Assembly: GCA_910583685.1 (NCBI GenBank) | Contig: CAJTXY010000001.1 | Coordinates: 4,755 to 68,754 of the forward strand | Direction of reading: 5' to 3' | From: an uncultured Bacilli bacterium | Lineage (GTDB): Bacteria; Bacillota_I; Bacilli_A; RF39; UBA660 | DNA length: 64,000 nucleotides | Shown here: piece after piece, positions 29,184 to 38,565 of the stretch | Numbering within the stretch: the first letter of the stretch is position 1 | How the letters are laid out: each line of letters starts with the position of its first letter | Program-made: the position numbers and the translations under genes | The notes under the pieces: generated by a model | Databases searched by the model: none | What the model was told of the DNA's origin: nothing | Seen by the model: only the letters and a program-made list of their open reading frames with translations

Positions 29184-32030
29184 CTACTTACAAAGTTTAT
29201 TTGTTTTAAAATGAAGGGCAACTGATAAAAAATAACGATCGTTTAAAGTTTCATCAAATTTTGCTTGTGCTGCTTGATTTCCAATTAGTGTATCTAATTT
29301 ATCGGACTCAGAATCCATCTCTACCCATTTCCAGAAAATCGTAATTGGTGCTTCTTCTCCTTTTTTAAGGGTAATTGGCTGATTGAAATTGATTTTCTTT
29401 CCTTTGTAATTAGGAAGAGTTGGATCTACATCATAATTTAGAACCTGATATTGATCTAGATTTCCATAATAGTAATAGGCTTCTTTTCCTAAGGCAGGAA
29501 TATGTCTTACAATATACCCCATATTCAAGCACCCTTTTTTAGGAATACAAATGGTATCTTCTAATAATGTCATTCCTGTAAGGGTAATGGAGTCTGCATA
29601 TTCATTTTTAAAGTTTGCAATGTAGTAGCCTTTGGCACCTGGGTAAATGACTTTATCTTTATGATATTGGTTGTAGTATTCCTCATTATGGAAAATCGGA
29701 ACATCTTTTAGCCATAAGACCTCTTCCAAAAGATCATCTGTTATGGGAATAGAAACCGAGTCATAAATTGCAAATAATTCTAAATCATCATCCAAGTTTT
29801 CAATTATTTTTTTATCTGACCGATTATATAGAATTGGTCCATCTATAGTCTTACTATAGCCAAGGAACTTATAATATTTACAGTGATCCTTCTCATCTAA
29901 CTTATATGGTTCATCATAGTCAGATAAGTCGATCTTTTCATCAGCAGAAATTTCGAATTGATAGTGATCTTCTGCTGCGTTGAATTGACCACCATTAGCA
30001 GAAAGAAAAACTGAATATTTACGAATTATTTCAATAGGAATCGATAAATTTTCAAATTCCTTTCCATTTAATACTCCACGAATAGTCAAAGTGGCTCCTC
30101 CAGGATTATTTCCATAAACCCCAATTGGTAAATAGCTTGGTGCTTCCTCAGAAGAGTCATAGGCAAGATATTCGATATTCTGATCGTTAGTAGAAACAAT
30201 GATACAAGTGTCTTGTTGCTTCAAAGAACATATTTTAATTTCCTTTTTATCATCACTTTCACTGACGGAAACTTTTCCTGTAAATATATTTGTATTTAGA
30301 ATAACATCTATATTTCCGCGAATATTTCCCGTTTCATCTTTAGAAACACTCATCTGGTATTTATCTTTTGAGGAATTTAAGTATGCTTTCACATCATCAA
30401 ATATAACTGTTGTTGTAGTAGAGGCATCTTGGTAATCTAGAGAGAGTTTTATACTCTGATTCAGAAATTTGTCCTTTAAAGTCTCGTCTGGTTTTAATAC
30501 TAAAACTCCCTTTTCAGGATTTTCCACTGAAATTACAGACGAAAATTTTTCGGAAATACTAGCACTAATTTTTGAATGATCATAATCAGTCGTTTCTATT
30601 CCATTCTTATATACTTTATATAAGATTGCAAAATCCAAGTTTTCTGTATACATCGAAAATTGGTATAAATTGCGATCAAATTTCAAAGTATATTTCGATT
30701 CCCTGTAAATATTAACAATGTAGTCTTTTAATGTTCCATCTTCAGCTCGAACTGTTATTACGACCTTGTTATCTCCATACTTTAAGTCTAAATCCTTTAA
30801 AGAAGATACTTTCTTTCCATTGTAGGTAATTTCTGCTTTGCTACTCTCGGCAATTGCTTTGATATCAATTTTATCTGTATTTGCATCTACTACTACCTTG
30901 TACTCTGTTTTCTCTTTTGAAAAATCGGGACTCAATTTACCTACACTTACTTGAATATCTTTCAAGTAGGCATTTGTATCTTTTTTCGCATCTTCCTTTT
31001 TCTCACGATGAATTGTAATGGTATAGCTTTTTGTTGAACCATCTTCCGCCCGAACTGTTATTACTACTGTGTTGTCACCATACTGAAGAGGAAAATCTTT
31101 TAGCGAAGATAGCTTCTTTCCATTATAGGTAATCACTGCGTTGCCACTTTCGGCAATTGCTCGTATATCGATTTTGTCAACACTGGATCCTACCTGTACA
31201 TAATAAGATGTACGATAAGGAGAGAATTTAGGAGACAAAGTTCCTGTACTTAGTTTAATATCTTTTAAGTTGCAATTTGCATCTTTATGTTTCTTTATTG
31301 TAATTTCATTTATTACTGTCAACAAGTATTTGGCCTTATATGTTTTGCCACGATAGCGAAGTGTTAATGTGATTGTTACTTTTCCTGTTTTAAATGCAGT
31401 AATTTTAAAATAACCATCTTTCAGCTCCACTTTTGCAATATGCTCATCACTAGAAGAAACCTTAGGACGGCCGCTTAGCCCAATAAATTGGTAGGTTACA
31501 AGCTTCTCATTCGTTTCTGCTAAGTTTATTGTCCCTTTTTGAGAAGATAGCTTAATAGAAGGTGCCACTTTTGTCTTTCCTACTTTAGCCAAAAGCGTCG
31601 CTTCATAGTGCATATGATTTGTTGTAGTTTGTAAGACTACTGTAACCGTTCCTTTTTTATGAGTATTGATTACAACATATTTTCCTACTACATAGCAGGT
31701 TGCTACAGAGGCATCACTTGTAGTACAAGAAAACTTTTGAGGTTTTATTTTTTTATATGAAAATCCTACTTTAGCTTTTTCTCCCACAGAAAGTTCCACG
31801 TAGTTTCTATCAAATTTTAACTCTTTATTTCGACGGGTTTCTAAATCTAGAATTTCTTTCTCAATGGTATAATCCCCTTGATTAAAGAACTCATCCCCAA
31901 TTTTGCCAAAAAACATAGAAGTACAACTGCAACTGGTAAGTAAAGTTATCAGAATAAGAATAATCATAATAGCATAGATGATAATATGTCTCATTCGGTT
32001 TTTGTCTTCTTGCTTTTCATCATGTATCAT
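29184..32030 (-). CDS. Giant surface lipoprotein (948 aa) with two cadherin-like beta-sandwich domains plus additional Ig-like domains
   Basis: Lipobox LLTSC. Two about 90-aa repeats: LKDI.LS.G.LSP.FS...T.Y.V.V.....KIDI.AIAES..A.ITYNGKK.SSLKD..L.YGDN.VVITVRAEDG..K.Y...I.RE, matching the cadherin-like domain pattern. Confidence 0.7.
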   Translation of the reverse strand: MIHDEKQEDKNRMRHIIIYAIMIILILITLLTSCSCTSMFFGKIGDEFFNQGDYTIEKEILDLETRRNKELKFDRNYVELSVGEKAKVGFSYKKIKPQKFSCTTSDASVATCYVVGKYVVINTHKKGTVTVVLQTTTNHMHYEATLLAKVGKTKVAPSIKLSSQKGTINLAETNEKLVTYQFIGLSGRPKVSSSDEHIAKVELKDGYFKITAFKTGKVTITLTLRYRGKTYKAKYLLTVINEITIKKHKDANCNLKDIKLSTGTLSPKFSPYRTSYYVQVGSSVDKIDIRAIAESGNAVITYNGKKLSSLKDFPLQYGDNTVVITVRAEDGSTKSYTITIHREKKEDAKKDTNAYLKDIQVSVGKLSPDFSKEKTEYKVVVDANTDKIDIKAIAESSKAEITYNGKKVSSLKDLDLKYGDNKVVITVRAEDGTLKDYIVNIYRESKYTLKFDRNLYQFSMYTENLDFAILYKVYKNGIETTDYDHSKISASISEKFSSVISVENPEKGVLVLKPDETLKDKFLNQSIKLSLDYQDASTTTTVIFDDVKAYLNSSKDKYQMSVSKDETGNIRGNIDVILNTNIFTGKVSVSESDDKKEIKICSLKQQDTCIIVSTNDQNIEYLAYDSSEEAPSYLPIGVYGNNPGGATLTIRGVLNGKEFENLSIPIEIIRKYSVFLSANGGQFNAAEDHYQFEISADEKIDLSDYDEPYKLDEKDHCKYYKFLGYSKTIDGPILYNRSDKKIIENLDDDLELFAIYDSVSIPITDDLLEEVLWLKDVPIFHNEEYYNQYHKDKVIYPGAKGYYIANFKNEYADSITLTGMTLLEDTICIPKKGCLNMGYIVRHIPALGKEAYYYYGNLDQYQVLNYDVDPTLPNYKGKKINFNQPITLKKGEEAPITIFWKWVEMDSESDKLDTLIGNQAAQAKFDETLNDRYFLSVALHFKTNKLCK

Positions 32031-32124
32031 TTTATTCGCATCCTTTCTTAATATTTAAGTTTCAAATAAACCTACGAGTTATTTTTCATAGGCTTATTTG
32101 GAAGTTAAATAAACTTCCACTTTA

Positions 32125-32835
32125 TTATTTAGTTGGTTTCTTTTCAGATTGAACAACATCAATCTTAACGCTAAGTGTAACATTTGCTTGTGCTCCTGTT
32201 GAACCATCTTTAGCAATACCATTTCCTAAATTAGTATCTTCTGCGTCATCACCATCGATAACCCATTCCCAACCGATTACATAAGTATGGTTAGGAGCAG
32301 TATTTGCTGCGTAAACTCCATTAAGCTCAGATCCAATTCCATTGATTAAGGCATTAATGTCGTTGTACTTTTCAGCATCAGTAAAGGCAAGAGATTGGAA
32401 TGTAGCTCCTGTTAGAGTTTGTCCAGTTACATCTCTTAGATAATATTTCATTTGACCATTACCTTTTGTAGTAATTTCATCAACTGAAGAATTATCGCTT
32501 ACTGTTAATTCATAGTTTGTTTCTGGTTTATTTTCACCTAAAGTGAATGTATAAATTCCAGAAGTACCTGGTGCTACCACTTTATCAGTACCATTTGCAG
32601 ATTCAACATCAACAGCATTATCTTGTCCTGCTAATGTAGTAGTATAAGATGCTGCAAATAAATTGATTTCGATTTCCTTATCGTTTTCAAATCCCCAAAC
32701 GGCAACACGTGCAGAATCAGTGAAAGAAAAATCTCCCACATATTTTGCATAAGTACCACTTACAGAATAACTAGTAATACCAACAAGTGCTAACAATGCA
32801 CAAAGAACTGTCATTTTCTTTTTCATCATTGTCAC
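32125..32835 (-). CDS. Secreted protein with a SipW-cognate-like N-terminal motif (TasA/camelysin-like substrate candidate)
   Basis: Signal then SGTYAKYVGDFSFTDSARVAVWGF, where GTYAKY resembles the GTFAYF motif of the SipW-cognate class. Immediately downstream of the second sipW. Confidence 0.55.
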   Translation of the reverse strand: MTMMKKKMTVLCALLALVGITSYSVSGTYAKYVGDFSFTDSARVAVWGFENDKEIEINLFAASYTTTLAGQDNAVDVESANGTDKVVAPGTSGIYTFTLGENKPETNYELTVSDNSSVDEITTKGNGQMKYYLRDVTGQTLTGATFQSLAFTDAEKYNDINALINGIGSELNGVYAANTAPNHTYVIGWEWVIDGDDAEDTNLGNGIAKDGSTGAQANVTLSVKIDVVQSEKKPTK

Positions 32836-32890
32836 CTCCTTTCTTAGATGTCATTTATATGTAAACCCTATAAAAGGTGTTTACCAGTAA

Positions 32891-33544
32891 TTATTTATTT
32901 TGCTTTGACTTTTTAGAATTCTTATTTTTTTCCTTTGTTTCTTGTTGTTCTCTCATTTTCTTAAATTCTAAAAACTCCTGACGTTCTCTTTCTCTTTCTT
33001 TTTTCGTAGAAATAGAAAAGCCAATTACAAATATTAAGGTAATTCCTAAAAATACTATAATAATAGTTGTTGGTTCTGCCAAACTATTCATAATAGAACC
33101 AATACTTGGAAATCTAGCAATATAAAGCCCTTCTACATCGCTAAATTCGACTAGATTTTTATCCTGTGCTGAGTTATTGTCACCTTTTGTAATAAAATAC
33201 TTCTCTCCATCTTCTTCTACAATATCAATGATACGATGGGTCGTAACAGTATTTTCAGCATCACGGAAAGCGATGACATCTTCCTTTTTTAGTGTTTTGG
33301 GATTTACCATTTTAGTTAGTACTAAATCACCTTTATGTATTTTGGTCTCCATTGAATTAGAAAGAACAATAAATGGTTTATACCCAAATACATTTGGCAC
33401 CTTGTCCTTGTTAATTTTTGACTGAACCATAATATATAAGTTCATAATTAAAATAGGCACCAATAGTAAGCATATTACAACAAAAATGATATTGCTTATT
33501 TTTTGATACCATACTTTTGATTTTTCATTTTCCATACTAATCAC
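32891..33544 (-). CDS. sipW: SipW-type signal peptidase I (second copy) with a charged C-terminal tail
   Basis: FGYKPFIVLSNSMETKIHKGDLVL...THRII...TKGDNN. C-terminal KKERERERQEFLEFKKMREQQETKEKNKNSKKSKQNK tail. Confidence 0.8.
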   Translation of the reverse strand: MISMENEKSKVWYQKISNIIFVVICLLLVPILIMNLYIMVQSKINKDKVPNVFGYKPFIVLSNSMETKIHKGDLVLTKMVNPKTLKKEDVIAFRDAENTVTTHRIIDIVEEDGEKYFITKGDNNSAQDKNLVEFSDVEGLYIARFPSIGSIMNSLAEPTTIIIVFLGITLIFVIGFSISTKKERERERQEFLEFKKMREQQETKEKNKNSKKSKQNK

Positions 33545-33863
33545 CTTTCCCTATTTTCATTCATTGAAAATTTTTAGACAAAATAATAAAACAATTGCAA
33601 TCTTTTCTTTTGCTATTTATTCAGTAGTAAAGGGATTAGATCATTGTTTTATTATTTCTTTTTATTCTTTTATTATAAAAGCTTTTTGGCTTTGCAAGTT
33701 CTATAATAACATAAAGTATTATTACTTCACAACAAAAAAATACATTTTTTTCACTTGCTATCTTTTTTTCAAGATTTAAGTATAATAAAAAGACCAATAT
33801 TCCTGGGATCATCAAACAAAATTTTTCTTACTTGTTTTTTTATAACCTATTGATCTTTTGCTT

Positions 33864-34256
33864 TTAAATTTCTGAACTCATCATTAGCTTATAAATTGCT
33901 TTGATGTTTTCTTTCTTATCGTGGTTCATTTCAATAAAGTTAAGATGTAGTTGATAGCCACTATCTAGGCTAAATAATAACTCTACCTTTCCTGGTTTAT
34001 AGTTAATTGCACTAGACGATATGGAACGATATGGAATAATATGAATTTTCTTGTAATATACACCTAGGGTATCTCTATCAAATAGAATCATCCTTTTGCT
34101 TGTAAAAACTACATAGTCTTTACTGTTCTTATAAGCAAAAACGAATTTTTCTTTTGCATCAATATATTCTCTTGCATATTCCTCTAACTCTTCTTCTTTT
34201 ACTTCATATTTAAAGTCAAAGTATTTTGCCAATTCTTTAAATTTAATGTATGCCAT
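33864..34256 (-). CDS. Small cytoplasmic protein, possibly a bacterial PH (YokE-like) domain
   Basis: Beta-rich pattern ...FVFAYKNSKDYVVFTSKRMILFD...KKIHIIPYRSISS...VELLFSL. Start set at MAYIKF; weak assignment. Confidence 0.35.
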   Translation of the reverse strand: MAYIKFKELAKYFDFKYEVKEEELEEYAREYIDAKEKFVFAYKNSKDYVVFTSKRMILFDRDTLGVYYKKIHIIPYRSISSSAINYKPGKVELLFSLDSGYQLHLNFIEMNHDKKENIKAIYKLMMSSEI

Positions 34257-34710
34257 ACACTCACCTCTTTTATTATCAAAGTTATTGTAACACACTTAAT
34301 TACAGAAGGAAAGCGCAATGTAAAATTAGACATTTTATTGACAGGAGCTATTTTCTGATATTTACATTTTGAATACATTATTATTTACGTTTTTTGTCAT
34401 ATTTTCGACATTTTTTGACGTTTTCGAATCCCTTTATTTTACTTTTCTATTTAACACTATATTTTTTATTGACACTATATTTGTACTCGGTTTTTACTGC
34501 TTTTCGTTTTGTCTCATAGATAGATTATTGAACACTACCGCCTTATTCCTATAAGTTTTTTTACAAATAAAAAGAGGAAAATAGATTGTATTTCTTCTGT
34601 CTTATTGTTATCATACTACAAGACTTCACGCACTTCCTCTTAGTGATCTATTGTACTCATTTTACCATTTTTTCTTCGAGTCATCCCCACATATTCTATC
34701 AATAAATTTC

Positions 34711-34737
34711 TAATAAAAAAAGGCGTTTTTGCGCCTT
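34711..34737 (-). terminator. Intrinsic terminator after mraY
   Basis: Stem AAGGCG/CGCCTT with a TTTTTG loop, followed on the minus strand by TTTTTTTATTAG, directly after the mraY stop. Confidence 0.6.
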
Positions 34738-34739
34738 AT

Positions 34740-35720
34740 TTATAACCATACTCCAAAGATAATTCCACTCATTGCTAGGATCAAACCGCCTACCCAAAAT
34801 AGCTTTACAATATCAGTTTCTGCCCATCCTAACTTTTCAAAATGATGATGAAGCGGTGTCATTAAAAATAATTTTTTGTGTAATACCTGTACCCAAAATG
34901 TCTGTATGATAACACTTAATGTCTCAATTACGAAGACACCTGCTACTACTAGCAACGTAAGCTCTCTATGCGTAAGAATAGCAATCGCAGCCATTGCCCC
35001 TCCTAGGGCAAGGGAACCTGTATCACCCATAAATACTTTTGCAGGATGCGTATTATAGATCAAAAATCCTATTAAACTTCCCACCAAAATTAAGCAAAAT
35101 AGACCAATGTCCTCGAAACCGACCATCAGAGATATTAGACTAAAAGCAATAAAGGCAATCGCAGAAAGACCACCTGCTAAGCCGTCTAAACCATCTGTTA
35201 AATTAACTGCATTCGAAGCTCCCACTAATACAAAGAGAATAAACAAACCATAAAGCCAGCCCATTTCAATATCAATATTTAATGTGCCAACAACCCAGGA
35301 AGTTTGCCCCCCACTACGCATATATATGTAGAAAAAGCCAATTGCAATTAAGACTTGCATAAATAGCTTTTGATAGGTAGTAAGTCCCTCATTATTTTTC
35401 TTTCGAATCGATAAAAAATCATCTAAAAAGCCAATTACAGCATACCCTACAAATACTAAAAGTACAATTCCTAGATTCGATGAGTATGAAACCTTATTGG
35501 TTAATAGTAAGCCCAAAGTAGTAATTACAGTTGGGGCAATAAAAATCAGTCCTCCCATCGTCGGCGTTCCCGATTTTTTTCTATGGTTTTCTCCTACAAA
35601 TATACTGATCGTTTGCCCTATTTTTAATCTTTTCAAAATTGGTACTAAAATAAGGCCTAAAACCGCTGAGGTTAAAAATCCAATCATAATTGCAAATACA
35701 GCTTTTGTTAAAAGCAACAT
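34740..35720 (-). CDS. mraY: Phospho-N-acetylmuramoyl-pentapeptide transferase
   Basis: TPTMGG and NAVNLTDGLDGLA motifs, 10 TM. Confidence 0.9.
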   Translation of the reverse strand: MLLLTKAVFAIMIGFLTSAVLGLILVPILKRLKIGQTISIFVGENHRKKSGTPTMGGLIFIAPTVITTLGLLLTNKVSYSSNLGIVLLVFVGYAVIGFLDDFLSIRKKNNEGLTTYQKLFMQVLIAIGFFYIYMRSGGQTSWVVGTLNIDIEMGWLYGLFILFVLVGASNAVNLTDGLDGLAGGLSAIAFIAFSLISLMVGFEDIGLFCLILVGSLIGFLIYNTHPAKVFMGDTGSLALGGAMAAIAILTHRELTLLVVAGVFVIETLSVIIQTFWVQVLHKKLFLMTPLHHHFEKLGWAETDIVKLFWVGGLILAMSGIIFGVWL

Positions 35721-35811
35721 TATTCTTCACTCCATTTCTTCGTAAGTATTATACCACATAAATTTACTCTATATTAGAAAACCCCTAATTTTAGACAAAA
35801 CTTTACATTCG

Positions 35812-37716
35812 TTAGTTTAGTAACAATCGAACAGTCCCACCTTCTGCTAATTTTTCACCAGCTTCTGGCGATTGTGAGATGACTTTTTCACCAGTTCCAG
35901 AATACTCAACAGTAAAGTTTTCTAACCTTTTTTTAGCCTCTTTTACATCCTTTCCAACTACATTTGGTACTTTGTAAGTAATTTTATCAGTCCATTCCAA
36001 GTCTTTTGCCATCTCTCCATCTTGCTTTTCAATCCCTAAGGCATCGATAATATCTAAGAGTATTTTTCTTGCTACTGGTGTAGTAGTATAGCTAGAAAGT
36101 TGAGCTGTATTTTTAGGATTATCAATCGCAATATATAAAACAGCTTCTGGATCATTTGAGGGAACGATTCCTACAAATGACATTATATAATTATTCACCA
36201 GATATCTACCATCTTCTACCTTTTGTGCTGTACCCGTTTTTCCGCCGATCCGGTAGCCTTCAATAAAAGCAGCCTTTCCTCCCCCTTTTGCAACGACACT
36301 TTCTAGGGCTCTTCTCATAATCTTAGATGTTTTTTTGCTAATTGTTTTTCTTACGACTTTTGGGTCTGTTTTTTGGATCACATTCCCGGTTTCTTTCTCC
36401 ATTACATTTTTCACAACATATGGTTGATATAAATTCCCTCCATTTAAAACGGCAGATACTGCTGTTACCTGTTGGATCGGCGTGACACTTACTCCTTGTC
36501 CAAAAGCAGTGGTTGCTAATTCTACATTTCCTACTTGATCTAAGTTAAAAATAATCCCCTTTCCTTCTCCATTTAAATCAATCCCTGTTTTTTCACCAAA
36601 TCCAAATAAGTCTAGATAGGAAAATAGCTTTTCCTTCCCAAGGAGTTGCCCCATTTTTACAAAACCTGGGTTGCAAGAGTTTTGGAGGACTTGTAAAAAG
36701 GTTTGATGCCCATGGCCTCCCGCTTTCCAACATTTGATACGGGCAGTATCCACCTGAACAGATCCAGAGTCAAAAAACTCATCTTTGTCCAAGTCAATTA
36801 ATCCTTCTTCTACTACAGCTGATGTCGTAATAATTTTAAAGGTGGATCCTGGTTCATAAGATGCCCAAATAGGTAAGTTTCTAGAAAGTTCTTCTGTTGA
36901 ATAGTTTTGATAGTTATTAGGATCGAAGTTTGGTCTACTACTCATTCCTAAGATTTCTCCTGTCTTAGGATTCATCACTACAGCTAAGGCCATTTCTGGT
37001 GAAAACATATCCACTACATTGTCCAGTTCTCGTTCTAATGATTTTTGAATATTAATATCAATTGTTAGTTGAATATTTAATCCATCTTGAGGCGCTACAT
37101 AAACGTCTGATAGGTTCAAGCGATTTCCCTTGGCATCTGAAAAGTATTTGATTGCTCCAGCTTCTCCAGTTAAGTATTTGTCATACTCTAATTCTAGCCC
37201 TGAGAGGCCCTGATTATCAATTCCAACATATCCTAAAACGTGCGAAAGTAAGTTGCCATACGGATAATACCTCTTAGCCTCTTTTACTAAATACACCCCT
37301 TCTAACTCTAATGCTGAAATCTTATCTGCTATCTCAAATGAAAGTCTTCTTCCTTCTGGGTGAACTCTTTCAATAGAAGTTTGTTTGCTCACGTGTGCAT
37401 ACATCTCTTTATAACTCACATTCAGAATGTCAGCAAGTTTCTTTGCTACTTCTTCTTTATTTTTGATTTGGTTGGGAATTAATACAAGTGAAGTTGTAGT
37501 TAGATTATCGGCAAGCACAACCCCATTTCTGTCCAATATTAGCCCACGACTTGCTTCAATTGGCAGATCTCTACTCCATAAATCTTTTGCAAGTGCAGAA
37601 AGTTTTTTGTAATCAAACACTTGAATATAGAAAACTTTAAATACGACTAAAAAGAATAATAAAGTAAAAATTAGAAATGTAATACGAATTCTAGCATCAA
37701 TCTTTTTTACAAACAT
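35812..37716 (-). CDS. Class B penicillin-binding protein (FtsI/PBP2B-like transpeptidase) with one C-terminal PASTA domain
   Basis: STFK, SCN and KTGT motifs. C-terminal PASTA-like VPNVVGKDVKEAKKRLE...ISQSPEAGEKL. Confidence 0.85.
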   Translation of the reverse strand: MFVKKIDARIRITFLIFTLLFFLVVFKVFYIQVFDYKKLSALAKDLWSRDLPIEASRGLILDRNGVVLADNLTTTSLVLIPNQIKNKEEVAKKLADILNVSYKEMYAHVSKQTSIERVHPEGRRLSFEIADKISALELEGVYLVKEAKRYYPYGNLLSHVLGYVGIDNQGLSGLELEYDKYLTGEAGAIKYFSDAKGNRLNLSDVYVAPQDGLNIQLTIDINIQKSLERELDNVVDMFSPEMALAVVMNPKTGEILGMSSRPNFDPNNYQNYSTEELSRNLPIWASYEPGSTFKIITTSAVVEEGLIDLDKDEFFDSGSVQVDTARIKCWKAGGHGHQTFLQVLQNSCNPGFVKMGQLLGKEKLFSYLDLFGFGEKTGIDLNGEGKGIIFNLDQVGNVELATTAFGQGVSVTPIQQVTAVSAVLNGGNLYQPYVVKNVMEKETGNVIQKTDPKVVRKTISKKTSKIMRRALESVVAKGGGKAAFIEGYRIGGKTGTAQKVEDGRYLVNNYIMSFVGIVPSNDPEAVLYIAIDNPKNTAQLSSYTTTPVARKILLDIIDALGIEKQDGEMAKDLEWTDKITYKVPNVVGKDVKEAKKRLENFTVEYSGTGEKVISQSPEAGEKLAEGGTVRLLLN

Positions 37717-37820
37717 AATATCACCTACACTACTTTATGAGCATAACGAAAAAACATGTCCACTTTTAAAACAAGGCATAAACCACATTTGTCTTTTCAT
37801 ATACTTTTCTAGGTGATAGT

Positions 37821-38543
37821 ATGAAAATCTTTTCATTAAAAAATAATCAATATAATAATTCTTCATTTATAGAAACGGTCTATAATGATAAAAACGTAGA
37901 AGGATTAGTACTGGATATCATTATGACTTTAGATCATAAAATTATTGTATTTCCAGAATCTACGAGTACATCTGTCGGTCTTGAATCTGTTCAAAAGAAA
38001 ACTTTAAAGGAGATTAAAGATTCTGAGATAGAGCTTTTGGAGACTTATTTAAAACAGCTTACTAATTTTAAAAAACGAATTATTCTTAATATTATACCAA
38101 TGGAACAACCTATTTTAACTGATTATACTGCTGAATCTATTTATAAGCAGAATTGTTTCTATATCGATCAAATATTAGAAATTGTTACACGTTACAAAGA
38201 ATGCGTTATTAGTATGATGAGTATTAGTACTTCACTTCTTAATATTTTAAAATCTAAAAAATTAGATTATAAATTAGGTTGGGTTATTGCTACAGAGAAT
38301 ACCAATTATATTGATCTTGATATGTACATTTTTGCAAGCAGCGTGCTTGATAATGCTGTTTTAATGCAGCAGATTGACCATAACAAAGAGATTATGGTTT
38401 ATGCTGTAGATGGCTATAGCATTAATAATGTTTTAAACTTTTTTAAAAGTAGAGAAAAAAGTTCTATTAAGAAAAAAATATTCAGTGAAATTTTTGTCAT
38501 CACCTATTATCCTGACATTTTCACTAATACTTATTTAAATTAA
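37821..38543 (+). CDS. Hypothetical protein, possibly a degenerate GDPD-like TIM-barrel
   Basis: EGLVLDIIMTLDHKIIVF weakly resembles the GDPD E.D...T.DG..V..HD motif. No other signal. Confidence 0.3.
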   Translation: MKIFSLKNNQYNNSSFIETVYNDKNVEGLVLDIIMTLDHKIIVFPESTSTSVGLESVQKKTLKEIKDSEIELLETYLKQLTNFKKRIILNIIPMEQPILTDYTAESIYKQNCFYIDQILEIVTRYKECVISMMSISTSLLNILKSKKLDYKLGWVIATENTNYIDLDMYIFASSVLDNAVLMQQIDHNKEIMVYAVDGYSINNVLNFFKSREKSSIKKKIFSEIFVITYYPDIFTNTYLN

Positions 38544-38565
38544 CCACCATAAAAAAAGAGTATCT

